Source: Phycisphaerae bacterium (GTDB lineage Bacteria; Planctomycetota; Phycisphaerae; SM23-33). Taken from it: a stretch of DNA of 63,590 nucleotides. The stretch covers positions 1-63,590 of the forward strand of contig PUND01000065.1 in assembly GCA_003551645.1 (NCBI GenBank), given 5' to 3'. The notes under the pieces are model-generated. The model did not search any database. It was not told where the DNA came from and saw only the letters and a program-made list of their open reading frames with translations. This document shows positions 37,668 through 47,575 of this stretch, in pieces. A program made the translations under genes and the position numbers. The first letter of the stretch is position 1. Each line of letters begins with the position of its first letter.

Positions 37668-37790
37668 GGTCTTTCTCCTGCTTGTGTTCGGGACTTGCTA
37701 ATTCATACGGCCGTGCCGTCATTATGCCGCCCGTTGCGCACGATGCAAGCGCGGCTTGTCCACGACTCCCGGGGCGTCTATCCTGCCGGT

Positions 37791-38438
37791 ATGGGCAGCC
37801 AGTCTTCAAGGAATGTCGGTCGTCGCAAGCGGTACGAGCCGGGCGAGGTCCTGCTGGATGTGTCGGCCTTCCGCGGGCCGGTGGACCTGCGCGAGGTGTT
37901 CGGGAACTCCCGGCCGGTGGAGGTGGAGATAGGCACGGGCAAGGGGACGTTTCTCATCGCCCGCGCCGCGGCCCGGCCGGATGTGAACCTGCTGGGCATC
38001 GAGTACGCCAAGCCGTACTGCTACTACACAGCCGACCGCGCCCGCCGGCGCGGCCTGGCCAATGTGCGGATGCTCCACGCCGACGCCGCGACGGTCTTTG
38101 CCCGGGCGCTGGCCGACGCGGGCTTGCGGCGCGTGCACATCTACTTCCCGGACCCCTGGCCGAAGCGGAGGCACCACCGGCGGCGGCTGATTCAGCCCGC
38201 GTTTGTCGAGCATCTCCGCCGGGTCCTGGTTCCGGGCGGGCAACTGCTTGTGGTAACCGACCATATGGACTACTTCGGGCATATCAGCCGGGTGCTGACC
38301 GATGTGCCTGGGCTTGCGAGAATCCCCTTCCCGCGGATGGCCGACGCCGACGCGGAGGTAGTGGGCACGAATTTCGAGCGAAAGTACATCGGCCAGGGCC
38401 GGCGGTTCTACTCGCTGGCCCGGCTGCGCTATGTCTGA
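37791..38438 (+). CDS. trmB: tRNA (guanine-N7)-methyltransferase
   Basis: EIGTGKG, LGIE, FPDPWPKRRH.RRRL, TDH and TNFERKY. Start taken at ATG 37791, well inside the track ORF. Confidence 0.95.
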   Translation: MGSQSSRNVGRRKRYEPGEVLLDVSAFRGPVDLREVFGNSRPVEVEIGTGKGTFLIARAAARPDVNLLGIEYAKPYCYYTADRARRRGLANVRMLHADAATVFARALADAGLRRVHIYFPDPWPKRRHHRRRLIQPAFVEHLRRVLVPGGQLLVVTDHMDYFGHISRVLTDVPGLARIPFPRMADADAEVVGTNFERKYIGQGRRFYSLARLRYV

Positions 38439-38446
38439 GCCGGCAG

Positions 38447-39508
38447 TCAGCCCTGCTCGGCCTGCAGCTTCTGCACGGCGTCGCTGGCACCTCGCTGGCC
38501 GATAAAAATCAGCGTATCACCCGGAGCCGGGTGCAGATCGGAGGTGGGGTTGTAAACCGTCTCGCCGTTGGCCCGACGAACCGCCACCACGTGGGCGCCT
38601 ACGCGCCGGGGCAGTTCCAGCTCCCGCAGCGTCTTGCCTGCTAGCTTGCTGTCGGCCGAGAGCACCATCTGGTCCATTTCCAGCTCGACGCCTTTCTGCG
38701 CCATTTCGACGAAGTCCACCACTGCCGGCCGAAGGATCACATCCACCATCCGCGAAGTTCCAAGCTCGCTGGGGCATATCACGCGCGTGGCACCGGCACG
38801 GCGGAGCTTGCCCACCGACGACGGGCCTTGTGCCCGGACAATAACCGACACACGCGGGTTGACCGCGCAGGCCGTCAGGGTCACGAAGACATTGGCCGCA
38901 TCCGTCGGCAGGGCGGCCACCAGGGCCGACGCCCGCTCAAGCCCGGCGTCCCGTAAAGTGTCCTCTTCCTGCGCATCCGCACGGAGGTAGAGCAGTCCGG
39001 CCCGGTCGGCCAGCTCCGTCCTGTCTTGGTCAGGGTCCACCACGACGACCGGTTTGCCCGCCGCCGCCAGCTCCAGAGCGACGTTCTGGCCGAGCATGCC
39101 GTAGCCGCAAATTACGACGTGGTTCGACAGGTTTTGTATTTTCCGCTCCAAGTGACGCCTCCCGAATATCCGTCGCACCTCGCCCTCAATCAGCGAGGAT
39201 GCGACAAGTGTTATCAGCACCGCCCCGCTGATAAGTCCCGTCAGTACGATGAGGATAGTCCAGACCATCGTCGCTTCAGACGGCGGGTGGATTTCCCGAT
39301 AGCCCACCGTCGCGACGGTGATGACCGTCATGTACAACGCCTCCAGGGCGCTGTATTGCGGCTGAATAATCCGATAGCCGGCGCTGCCGCCGAGAATAAC
39401 TATCACGAAAATAGTCAGCGGAAGCCCTATGCGCAAGCCGAACCATCGGCCCGACTGGTCCCGGTCGATCTGCCTGCGCGGCGTCGTTGGTTTCCGGCTA
39501 CTGGTCAT
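38447..39508 (-). CDS. Two-TM potassium channel with RCK (TrkA-N/TrkA-C) domains
   Basis: TM-pore (ITVATVGYRE)-TM, HVVICGYGMLG and a C-terminal TrkA-C domain. Confidence 0.9.
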   Translation of the reverse strand: MTSSRKPTTPRRQIDRDQSGRWFGLRIGLPLTIFVIVILGGSAGYRIIQPQYSALEALYMTVITVATVGYREIHPPSEATMVWTILIVLTGLISGAVLITLVASSLIEGEVRRIFGRRHLERKIQNLSNHVVICGYGMLGQNVALELAAAGKPVVVVDPDQDRTELADRAGLLYLRADAQEEDTLRDAGLERASALVAALPTDAANVFVTLTACAVNPRVSVIVRAQGPSSVGKLRRAGATRVICPSELGTSRMVDVILRPAVVDFVEMAQKGVELEMDQMVLSADSKLAGKTLRELELPRRVGAHVVAVRRANGETVYNPTSDLHPAPGDTLIFIGQRGASDAVQKLQAEQG

Positions 39509-39869
39509 GTTCCGGTGTGATTATAGGCGGCTGGGGGCGTGGAGCAAACCTCGCCATTACCCACACCGTTATTAGTAAGAGGTAGTAAGAGATTAATCTT
39601 CTATCACAGCAGTAATCAGTCGTGTGGGTTGTGTGTTGGCTCATTCTGGCTTCGAAGAAGTCCTTGCATTGAGTGACCTTGCGGGTAATGGGTCAGGCGG
39701 TGTGGGTGTGGAAAAGCTGTCGGCCGGGTTGTCCGCCGCTGATGCTCGCATCGGGCCTGGCCGCCACGGCGCCGCCGGTGGGGCTGCTCGCCGGTGGGCT
39801 GATGTGCGTCGGTGACTGATTCATGACGGGGAACCGTCAGGATATCCACAATCGGCTGTGGGCGAGTGG
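39509..39869. promoter_or_regulatory. Candidate replication origin (oriC) downstream of dnaA
   Basis: DnaA-box-like 9-mers TTACCCACA (39557-39565), TGTGGAAAA (39707-39715; exact TTWTNCACA on the minus strand) and ATATCCACA (39842-39850). AT-rich tract 39568-39620 with TAGTAAGAG x2. Confidence 0.5.
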
Positions 39870-41201
39870 TCACTGGGTCAGCTGGACGTGCTGGGAGAGC
39901 CGTTCGAGCATAGCGCGGAATTGGGGGTCATTCTCGCGGAGCGCATCGACGGCACGGTTGGCGTGAAGGACCGTGGTGTGGTCGCGCCCGCCGAAATAGC
40001 CGCCTATTTCCTCCAAGCTGTGCCGGGTGAAGTTGCGGGCCAGGTACATGCAGACCTGCCGGGGCAGCGCGATGGAGCGGCTGCGCTTCTTGCTCTGCAG
40101 GTCGGCCAGGCGAACGTCGTAGCACGAGGTAACGGCCTTGAGGATGTCCTCGATGGTCACCTCCCGCTGTCTCGGCCGGGCCTCGTTGCCGATGGCGTCC
40201 TGGGCGACGGCAAGGTTGATGGGCCGGTCGCTGACCCGGGCCAGCATGGCCACCTTGGCTATCGCGCCTTCAAGCTCGCGGATGTTGGAATCGATGCAGC
40301 CGGCGATGTAGCAGACGACATCCTCGGGAAGCTCCAGTCCGCGGAGGCGGGCCTTCTTGCGGACGATCGCGACGCGCGTCTCGTAGCACGGGCGGTCCAG
40401 CCGGGCGACAAGCCCCCAGTTGAACCGGCTTACCAGCCGCTCCTCCAGCCCGGGGATATCCGAGGGGCTGCGGTCCGACGACAGGATAATCTGCTTCTGC
40501 GACTGATACAGCGTGTTGAAGGTGTGGAAAAACTCCTCCTGGCTCTGCTCGTGGTCGGACAGGAACTGGATATCGTCGATTACCAGCATGTCCACATGGC
40601 GGTACCGGTAGCGGAACGCGTGCTGGTCGCCCTGTTCCACGGACGTTATGAAGTGATTGACAAACGTCTCGCAGCTCAGCACCGCTATGCCGCCTTCGCC
40701 AACGGATTCACCGACCTTCCGGCTGGTTGCGTGGAGCAGGTGGGTCTTGCCAAGCCCGACGCTGCCGTGGATGAACAGGGGGTTGTAGCTCTTTCCGGGC
40801 GATTCGGCGACGGCCTGAGAGGCCGCGTGGGCCAGGCGGTTGCTGGGTCCGCGGACAAAGCTCTCGAAGGTGTAATCGGGGTTCAGTACTACGGTGGACA
40901 CATCGTCCGCGTTCGCCGATGAAGCCGCCTCCTGTTCCGGCTGTGACGACGCCTGCTCCGGCGTCACGAAGACCACGCTTATCAGCCGTCCGGTGGCCGA
41001 CTGCGCCGCCTCGGTGAAGATACGGCCGGCGTGGCGCGTGCAGTAGTCGCGCTCGGCAGGCCCGGGAGTCAACACCTCGAGCACGCCGTGCTCCAGGCAG
41101 ACCGGCTCAAGCTCCGTGAACCAGGGGCGTATCACCTGCCCGGCGCTCGAAACGACCTGCTCGATGATTCTTTGCCACACTGCGGAGTCCATCATCGGCA
41201 T
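39870..41201 (-). CDS. dnaA: Chromosomal replication initiator DnaA
   Basis: YTFESFV.G.SN, YNPLFIHGSVGLGKTHLL, LVIDDIQF, RLVSRF..GL, NIRELEGA and GGRDHTTVLHA. Confidence 0.98.
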   Translation of the reverse strand: MPMMDSAVWQRIIEQVVSSAGQVIRPWFTELEPVCLEHGVLEVLTPGPAERDYCTRHAGRIFTEAAQSATGRLISVVFVTPEQASSQPEQEAASSANADDVSTVVLNPDYTFESFVRGPSNRLAHAASQAVAESPGKSYNPLFIHGSVGLGKTHLLHATSRKVGESVGEGGIAVLSCETFVNHFITSVEQGDQHAFRYRYRHVDMLVIDDIQFLSDHEQSQEEFFHTFNTLYQSQKQIILSSDRSPSDIPGLEERLVSRFNWGLVARLDRPCYETRVAIVRKKARLRGLELPEDVVCYIAGCIDSNIRELEGAIAKVAMLARVSDRPINLAVAQDAIGNEARPRQREVTIEDILKAVTSCYDVRLADLQSKKRSRSIALPRQVCMYLARNFTRHSLEEIGGYFGGRDHTTVLHANRAVDALRENDPQFRAMLERLSQHVQLTQ

Positions 41202-41521
41202 CAGCCGTCTCCCTAAACAAAAAAGCGCCGAAGATTTGATCCAAGGACTGCCAACTGCGACCACGAGTGCGAAACCCTCCGTGGTTTGCCGGCCGCACCC
41301 TTAGTTCGACCGAAGTTTAAGACCGGATAGGGCGCAAGTCAAAGGCAAAATCGCCGCCGTCGCGAAAACTCCCGGCCCGGCCGGCAGGGGCAGTGGAGGG
41401 CTGTTACAAACCCGTTGCGCAGGTTCCGCTGGCCGGGTGCGATACTGTCTGTGGAAGCGGCGAGAACCCCGTCCGCGGAGGCGGGGAAGGGCCGCGGGAA
41501 ACCCAATCCGAGGAGCGCACC

Positions 41522-43117
41522 ATGAACAATCGCACGCTGACAATCATCTTGGCACTCGCGGCATTGATGCTGTGGACGGCGGCCTCATCCGCCGACGACC
41601 AGACCGTCCTGTCCGACGAAAAACCCGACCACCCCCACGTCTGGGACGGGCAGGTCAGCCGGGTGGCGGTATTCAAGAACGGGCTTGGCTTCTTCATGCG
41701 AGAAGGGGAAGTCGAATACCACGACGGCTGGGCGCTGGCTGGGCAGGTTCCGCCGGCGCTGTTCGGAACACTGTCGATATACTCGCACGAGCCGGACCAG
41801 ATGGTGGACATCGTCGGCTCCGGGCCTGGCGAGATTGTCGCCTTCGACGGCGTGGACGCACCCGACACCGTCGAGGCCAGGCGTCGCCGGCTGGAGGCGT
41901 GGAAGGGGCTGAAAGTGCAGGTCGAATACCGCCACGAGCGGGAGCCGCGAACGGCCGTCGGCAAGCTGGCGTCCGTTGCGGAGAATTTCGTCATCGTCGC
42001 CGGTCCGGACAATCATTTCGCCGTGCCGCTGGAGGCCGTGACCAAGGTGCAGGTGCTGGAGCTGCCGCTGCGCGTGCACGTATCGGGAGAAAACGGCCAG
42101 GTCCCCGCCTCCGGCCGGCTGGGAATGGCGTATCTGCGCAAGGGCATCACCTGGATACCGGATTACAACCTGGAGATTATCGACGAGGACACGGCCGAGC
42201 TTACGCTACGCGGGACGCTGGTGAACGAGGCCGAGGATATCGTCGGCTGTGATGTGAGCTTCGTTGTCGGCGTGCCGCACTTCGTTCACACCGATTACCT
42301 CGCCCCCCTGGCCGTGGGGCAGGTTATCCGCTCGGTGAGCACTTCGGTGGCGCCCGACGAAGTGAGGACCCAGATAAGGACCCGGGCTGCGCTGGTATCC
42401 AACGTGGCCGGCAGCAGGCAGTTCGACGTCGTGGACCAGCCGGTGGACCGGGATGCCGGCCGGGAGGTGACCGAGCTTATGGGCAACCTGCCCCGCATGG
42501 ACGGCGCTGCCGGGACCGACTACACGGTCTATACCAAGGAGAACCTCACGCTGCGCCGCGGCGAAAAGGCCATCGTCACGCTGTTCCGCGTGCGGATAAA
42601 CTACGATCACGTGTACCGCTGGGATGCCTGCGGCGGCGGCATGAGGCACTACCTGGTGCTCCATAACGACACCGACACCGCCTGGACGACAGGCCCCTGC
42701 CTGACGGTTGAGGACTCCAACCCGCTCAGCCAGGACCTGCTGAAGTACGTGCCGCGCGGCGGGACGGGCGAGATTCCCGTATCCACCGCCATCAACATCG
42801 CGCACGAAAAGAGTGAGAGCGAGGTTGATCGCAAGCTCAAGGCCCACAGCCCCCGTCACAACCGCCACCTTGATCTGGTGACGCTGGAAGGCCGGCTCCG
42901 GCTGCGGAACTTCGAGGACCGCACAGTGCGGGTGGTGATTACCAACAGCGTGCCCGGCCGGCCGATAAGGGCGGACAAAGACGGCTCCATAAGCGTGGAC
43001 ACCGACGCCCTGAAACTGCAGGAGCGGGCCGGCTCGATAAGATGGGAAATAAAACTCGAGCCAGGCGAGAGCAAGACGTTGACTTATCAGTACGAAAGGT
43101 ACGTGCCGTCAATGTAA
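41522..43117 (+). CDS. Secreted DUF4139/DUF4140-like protein
   Basis: Signal peptide, VAVFKNG.GFF, an Sm-like insert, YLRKGITWIPDY and WTTGP. Confidence 0.72.
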   Translation: MNNRTLTIILALAALMLWTAASSADDQTVLSDEKPDHPHVWDGQVSRVAVFKNGLGFFMREGEVEYHDGWALAGQVPPALFGTLSIYSHEPDQMVDIVGSGPGEIVAFDGVDAPDTVEARRRRLEAWKGLKVQVEYRHEREPRTAVGKLASVAENFVIVAGPDNHFAVPLEAVTKVQVLELPLRVHVSGENGQVPASGRLGMAYLRKGITWIPDYNLEIIDEDTAELTLRGTLVNEAEDIVGCDVSFVVGVPHFVHTDYLAPLAVGQVIRSVSTSVAPDEVRTQIRTRAALVSNVAGSRQFDVVDQPVDRDAGREVTELMGNLPRMDGAAGTDYTVYTKENLTLRRGEKAIVTLFRVRINYDHVYRWDACGGGMRHYLVLHNDTDTAWTTGPCLTVEDSNPLSQDLLKYVPRGGTGEIPVSTAINIAHEKSESEVDRKLKAHSPRHNRHLDLVTLEGRLRLRNFEDRTVRVVITNSVPGRPIRADKDGSISVDTDALKLQERAGSIRWEIKLEPGESKTLTYQYERYVPSM

Positions 43118-43133
43118 ACCGGCCCGTGTCGGC

Positions 43134-43170
43134 GGGTCGGGCGCCGCGACCGCTGTCGCCCGCCCGACCC
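43134..43170 (+). terminator. GC-rich hairpin (possible terminator or RNA stem)
   Basis: Perfect 10-bp inverted repeat GGGTCGGGCG/CGCCCGACCC after the stop at 43117; no U-tract. Confidence 0.3.
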
Positions 43171-43236
43171 ATGCCGGACGGCGAGGCGCTACGGCGCCGA
43201 CAGCGGCTGAACAAACCGTTTTAAGGAGACCCTGCC

Positions 43237-44406
43237 ATGACAAAACAAGGCCTGCTCAACGTGATGATCACAGTCGGATTGATCCTGCCGGCCGCGGCCT
43301 GCGGCGCGAGCGAGCCGGCGAATGAGGCGGCGGAACCGCCGGAGATTGACAATGCCGCGATCCGAGCATCAATCGAGTCGCTGGACTTGGATATGGAGAA
43401 CTTCCCCCGGCTGGACTGCTCTACCTCGGCCCAGCCACTGATGATGACCGTACTCGGGGCGATTTTCGACCAGCAGATATCCTGGCGTATGAGTCCTCGT
43501 GACGGCGAATGGCGAATGCGCGGACTGCCCCCCGGCAAAGGGCCGATTGCCGTCTGGGGCGCTGACCTGCTCCAGGCCCTGGACGAGGAGCATATCCGTC
43601 GGTTGCGGGCCGTCGAGTCACACCTGTCGGTTTCGGGGACACACGGCGCCTACGGCAGAGTCATCGAGGGGCGCTGCGACCTGGCGGCCATAGCACGCAA
43701 GCCCAGTGAGGACGAAAAGAAGGCGATGGAACAAGCGGGCGTCGAACTCGATGTTGTTCCGGTCGCGTTGGACGCCTTCGTCTTCATCGTGCATCCGGAC
43801 AACCCGGTCGAGGGGCTGACGCTCGAACAGGTCCGAGGCATCTTTACCGGGGAAATCACCAACTGGAAGGAGGTCGGCGGCCCGGACCACCGCATAAATC
43901 CCTACACTCGGCAGCGCAACAGCGGCAGTCAGGAACTGATGATCGACCTGGTGATGGGAGATCGCACCTTCGCGCCCCATGCCGGCAGCGCTATCACGTA
44001 TGCCATGTTTGGTCCGATGGATATGATGAGCCACGACCGCCACGGAATCAGCTACACCGTTCATTACTACAACCGTTATATGGCCCCGCCCCTGGCCAGG
44101 CGCGGTTTACCCGTTCAGGAAACACCGCGCGAGGCCCTGCCGCCGGCCGAGGCCGAGCGGCGGGAGGATGAGGACATCGAACTGCCGCCTCGCGCGCGAA
44201 TGCTGGCCATAGACGGCTTGGAGCCGGGTCCGGAAAGCATAGCCGACGGTACCTACCCGCTGATCGAGCCGGTTTATCTAGTCACGCGCAAGGACCTCGC
44301 CGAAGATGCGCCGGCCGCGCGACTGCGCGACTGGCTGCTTTCGCCCGAGGGTCAGGCGGTGGTGCGGCGGAGCTTGTATGTGGACCGAAAGGGCAACGCG
44401 CCGTAG
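43237..44406 (+). CDS. PstS-like periplasmic substrate-binding protein (possible lipoprotein)
   Basis: DCSTSAQPL, SGTHGAY, ARKPS, VALDAFVFIVHPDNPV..LTLEQVRGIFTG.ITNW, RQRNSGSQ and YPL; possible lipobox AAAC. Confidence 0.85.
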   Translation: MTKQGLLNVMITVGLILPAAACGASEPANEAAEPPEIDNAAIRASIESLDLDMENFPRLDCSTSAQPLMMTVLGAIFDQQISWRMSPRDGEWRMRGLPPGKGPIAVWGADLLQALDEEHIRRLRAVESHLSVSGTHGAYGRVIEGRCDLAAIARKPSEDEKKAMEQAGVELDVVPVALDAFVFIVHPDNPVEGLTLEQVRGIFTGEITNWKEVGGPDHRINPYTRQRNSGSQELMIDLVMGDRTFAPHAGSAITYAMFGPMDMMSHDRHGISYTVHYYNRYMAPPLARRGLPVQETPREALPPAEAERREDEDIELPPRARMLAIDGLEPGPESIADGTYPLIEPVYLVTRKDLAEDAPAARLRDWLLSPEGQAVVRRSLYVDRKGNAP

Positions 44407-44495
44407 GGCGACCCGCTACCGCGGGCGCGGAAGCGAGGCCGCAACGGCGCCGCACTGGCCATCGCGAAATGGCCATGCGATGGTATATTGGATAC

Positions 44496-45200
44496 GTGAG
44501 CCACTCCCGGAAAATCCTGATTGTCGAGGATGACTCGGCCATCCGCCGCGGGCTTGCCGACGCGGTGGCGGTGGCGGGTTTCTCGGCCGTCGAGGCGGCA
44601 GACGGAAAGACCGGGCTTGAGCTGGCACTTACCGTCGATTGCGACCTGGTGCTGCTGGACCTTGTCCTGCCCGGCGGCGACGGGCTGGAGATACTCAGGG
44701 AGGTCCGCATCAGCCGGCCGACGCTGCCGGTCATCATACTCACCGCCCGCGGAGCCGACCGCGACCGGGTAACCGGCCTGCAACTGGGAGCCGACGACTA
44801 CGTGGTCAAGCCCTTCAGTTTGGCCGAGCTTCTGGCCCGCATAAAGGCGGTGCTGCGACGAAGCCCGGAAAGGCCCGCCGACGTTACGCGGCTTCGGGCC
44901 GGCTCTGCCGAGGTCCGGCTGGACGCCCGCCGCATCCGCCACGAAAACGGCGAAGAAACCGAGCTTACCGAGACCGAGTCGCACCTGCTGCGCTACCTCG
45001 CCGCAAACGCCGGCAGGTGCGTCGGCCGGGACGAGATACTCCATCGCGTCTGGCGGCTGGACCCTACGCACCTGAGCACCCGCGCGGTGGATATGACCAT
45101 AGCCCGGCTGCGCGAGAAGCTGCGGGACGATTCCGGGAAACCGAGGATACTCATTACCGTCCGCGGTAAGGGATACCTGTTCGCGGAGGGCCAATCATGA
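44496..45200 (+). CDS. OmpR-family response regulator
   Basis: ILIVEDD, LVLLDLVLP, GADDYVVKPF and a winged-helix domain (TVRGKGY). Confidence 0.95.
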   Translation: MSHSRKILIVEDDSAIRRGLADAVAVAGFSAVEAADGKTGLELALTVDCDLVLLDLVLPGGDGLEILREVRISRPTLPVIILTARGADRDRVTGLQLGADDYVVKPFSLAELLARIKAVLRRSPERPADVTRLRAGSAEVRLDARRIRHENGEETELTETESHLLRYLAANAGRCVGRDEILHRVWRLDPTHLSTRAVDMTIARLREKLRDDSGKPRILITVRGKGYLFAEGQS

Positions 45201-46813
45201 AGCGACCGCTGACAATCTGGCTTGTCTATGCCGCGTGCCTGGCCGGCGTGTTGGGTGCGATGGGCTACGTCACGCTGCGGGTGGTCCGACTGGAGCGGGC
45301 CGCCGAGGACGCCCGACAACACGCCGCGGCAGAGGAGACGGTCCGCCTGGCGCTTTGGCGGCTGGATTCGACGGCCATGCCGCTTATCGCCCTGGAAAAC
45401 GGCATGCCCTTCCACGCCTACATGCCGAACGAGGCCGGCCCGCGGGTTGCCCTCGCGGCCGAGGCGGACGGCGCAGGCCCCTTCGACGCCGTGCGCCTGC
45501 GGTTCACCGTCATGCAGGATGGACAATTCCTTGCCGGTGGGCCTGACCCGGACGCCGAGGCGGAGTTGCTGGAGGTGGCCGGCCCGGCGGAGCTGCTCTC
45601 GGCCGCGCGTACGGCCCCGTTGGTCCGCCAGGAGCAGTGGGTCGTCGGGCCGACCGGCCGGGAGCAGGACGCATCCAACATAAAGGAAGTCAGGGCCAGG
45701 GGGCAGGCCCGCAGTCAGTGGGACATGGCCAACGTGGCGGTGCAGGCCGGCGACCGTGTGGTGCAGCAGCCGGTGGAGGCGGTCTGGCTGGGCGGGCAGA
45801 TGCTGCTGCTGCGTCGCGTGCGGATAGGCGAGCGGTCCGGTGTGCAGGGCGCCTGGCTTGACTGGCCGGTGCTGCGCGAGTCGCTTCTGGATGCGGTCGC
45901 GGATTTGCTGGGCGACGCCGACCTGAAGCCCCGCCCCGCGGATGCGGTGAGTTGGGACCGGGCGATGGCTGCCTTGCCGGTGGAACTGGCGCCCGGAGAA
46001 GTCGCAGTCGAGCCGGCGGCCGCCGGCGCAGGACTGGCCTGGCCGCTGTCGCTGGCGTGGTCGGCGACGCTGGCCGCCGCCTGCGGCGCTGCGGCGCTGC
46101 TGCACGGCGCGATGTCGCTGAGCAGGCGGCGTGGCAGGTTCGTATCGGCCGTAACGCACGAGCTGCGCACGCCGCTGACGACCTTCCGTCTGTACTCCGA
46201 CCTGCTCGCCGAAGACGCCTTCGACGAACCCGAAAAGCGGCGGATGTATCTGCGGCGGCTCCAGGACGAGGCCGACCGGCTGGGGCGGCTGGTGGAGAAT
46301 GTGCTCTCATACGCGCGGCTGGACGGACGGGCGGCCCGGCGGGTCGAGGCGGTTCGGCTGGACGGCGTGCTCGACCGGTGCGCCGGCCGACTGGAGGAAC
46401 GCGCGGCACAGGCCGAGATGAAAATCCGGACCGAGCTGACGGACGAGGCGAGTCGGGCGATCGTCAGCGTCGATGGCGAGGCGGTCGAACAGATACTGAT
46501 GAACCTTGTGGATAACGCCTGCAAGTACGCCGCCGACGGCGACGGGACGATTCGCATAACCGCCGACGCGGGCCGGCACCGCGCGACTATACGCGTGGCC
46601 GACACAGGCCCGGGCATCGACGCGGGGCAGGCGAAGCGGCTGTTTCAGCCGTTCTCGCGCTCCGACCGCGAGGCGGCCGGCTCGGCCCCCGGTGTTGGGC
46701 TGGGTCTGGCTCTATCGCGGCAACTCGCCAGGCGGATGGGGGCCAAACTCCGCCACGAACCGGCCGAGCGAGGCGCCGTCTTCGCCGTCGAAATCAAGCG
46801 GGCCGACGCCTGA
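45197..46813 (+). CDS. Sensor histidine kinase
   Basis: Two TM segments with a periplasmic domain, H-box VTHELRTPL, NLVDNACKY, DTGPGI and GVGLGL. Confidence 0.95.
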   Translation: MKRPLTIWLVYAACLAGVLGAMGYVTLRVVRLERAAEDARQHAAAEETVRLALWRLDSTAMPLIALENGMPFHAYMPNEAGPRVALAAEADGAGPFDAVRLRFTVMQDGQFLAGGPDPDAEAELLEVAGPAELLSAARTAPLVRQEQWVVGPTGREQDASNIKEVRARGQARSQWDMANVAVQAGDRVVQQPVEAVWLGGQMLLLRRVRIGERSGVQGAWLDWPVLRESLLDAVADLLGDADLKPRPADAVSWDRAMAALPVELAPGEVAVEPAAAGAGLAWPLSLAWSATLAAACGAAALLHGAMSLSRRRGRFVSAVTHELRTPLTTFRLYSDLLAEDAFDEPEKRRMYLRRLQDEADRLGRLVENVLSYARLDGRAARRVEAVRLDGVLDRCAGRLEERAAQAEMKIRTELTDEASRAIVSVDGEAVEQILMNLVDNACKYAADGDGTIRITADAGRHRATIRVADTGPGIDAGQAKRLFQPFSRSDREAAGSAPGVGLGLALSRQLARRMGAKLRHEPAERGAVFAVEIKRADA

Positions 46814-46822
46814 GACTGTGGC

Positions 46823-47512
46823 TCAGGCCGATGGGTACTCGTTGCACAGCAGGTGCAGGGGCGGCTCATCCTCGTCGATTTCGGGGAACCGGGGCAGCGG
46901 TTCGAAGAACCGGTTGTCGTGCTCATCGTCGTTGACTCGCGAGACCTCACCAGCCAGGACGGCCCCGCGGCCGGCCTCTGCGTAGAAGGTGTGGTACATG
47001 TAGGGCATCAGGCAGATGGACTCGCCGGGGGCGAGCACCACTTTGCCGCCGGCGGGCACGGTTCGCCGTATGCCGTCGATGCTTACGGTGACATCGGACT
47101 TCTCGTCACGTGATTCATCCTCGCGGCGGGCGTTCCATAGCTCGATTACCAGCCGCCCGCCGGAACGGTTGATGATGTCCTCCATCTTCTGCCAGTGGAA
47201 GTGGATGGGGGTGACCTGTTCGGGCTTGATGACCATGATCTTCTCGCAGTAGTCCTTGGTCATGTCGTCGCGGTCGGCGTCGGCCGGGCCGTTGCGGAGC
47301 GTGAACAGGACCAGCCCGAGCCGGTCGAAGTCGCCGGAGCCGAAGTCGGTGAGGTCCCATCCGAGGGCGCGCCGGCGGATTTCATCGGCTTCGGGTCCCG
47401 CGGCGGCCCAGTCGTCCGGTGTCCAGAACGCCCAGGGCGGCAGGTTGAAATTGCCTTCGTTCAGCAGCCCGGTCGCCTCGCGCAGGTGCGCGTTTATCTC
47501 GCTACGTTTCAT
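46823..47512 (-). CDS. D-lyxose/D-mannose family sugar isomerase (cupin)
   Basis: YCEKIM, TPIHFHWQKMEDIINR, GESICL..YH.F and EVSRVNDDEHDNRF. Confidence 0.92.
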   Translation of the reverse strand: MKRSEINAHLREATGLLNEGNFNLPPWAFWTPDDWAAAGPEADEIRRRALGWDLTDFGSGDFDRLGLVLFTLRNGPADADRDDMTKDYCEKIMVIKPEQVTPIHFHWQKMEDIINRSGGRLVIELWNARREDESRDEKSDVTVSIDGIRRTVPAGGKVVLAPGESICLMPYMYHTFYAEAGRGAVLAGEVSRVNDDEHDNRFFEPLPRFPEIDEDEPPLHLLCNEYPSA

Positions 47513-47575
47513 GTCGCCTCCTCTATGGTATTGAGCTTATCGGCTCCTCCGGGCCGCGCCAAGCCGCGTTCGGCT

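Noticed and set aside
36807-37790. Long N-terminal extension of the trmB ORF
   Set aside because: It overlaps the opposite-strand isomerase gene; TrmB homology starts near 37791.
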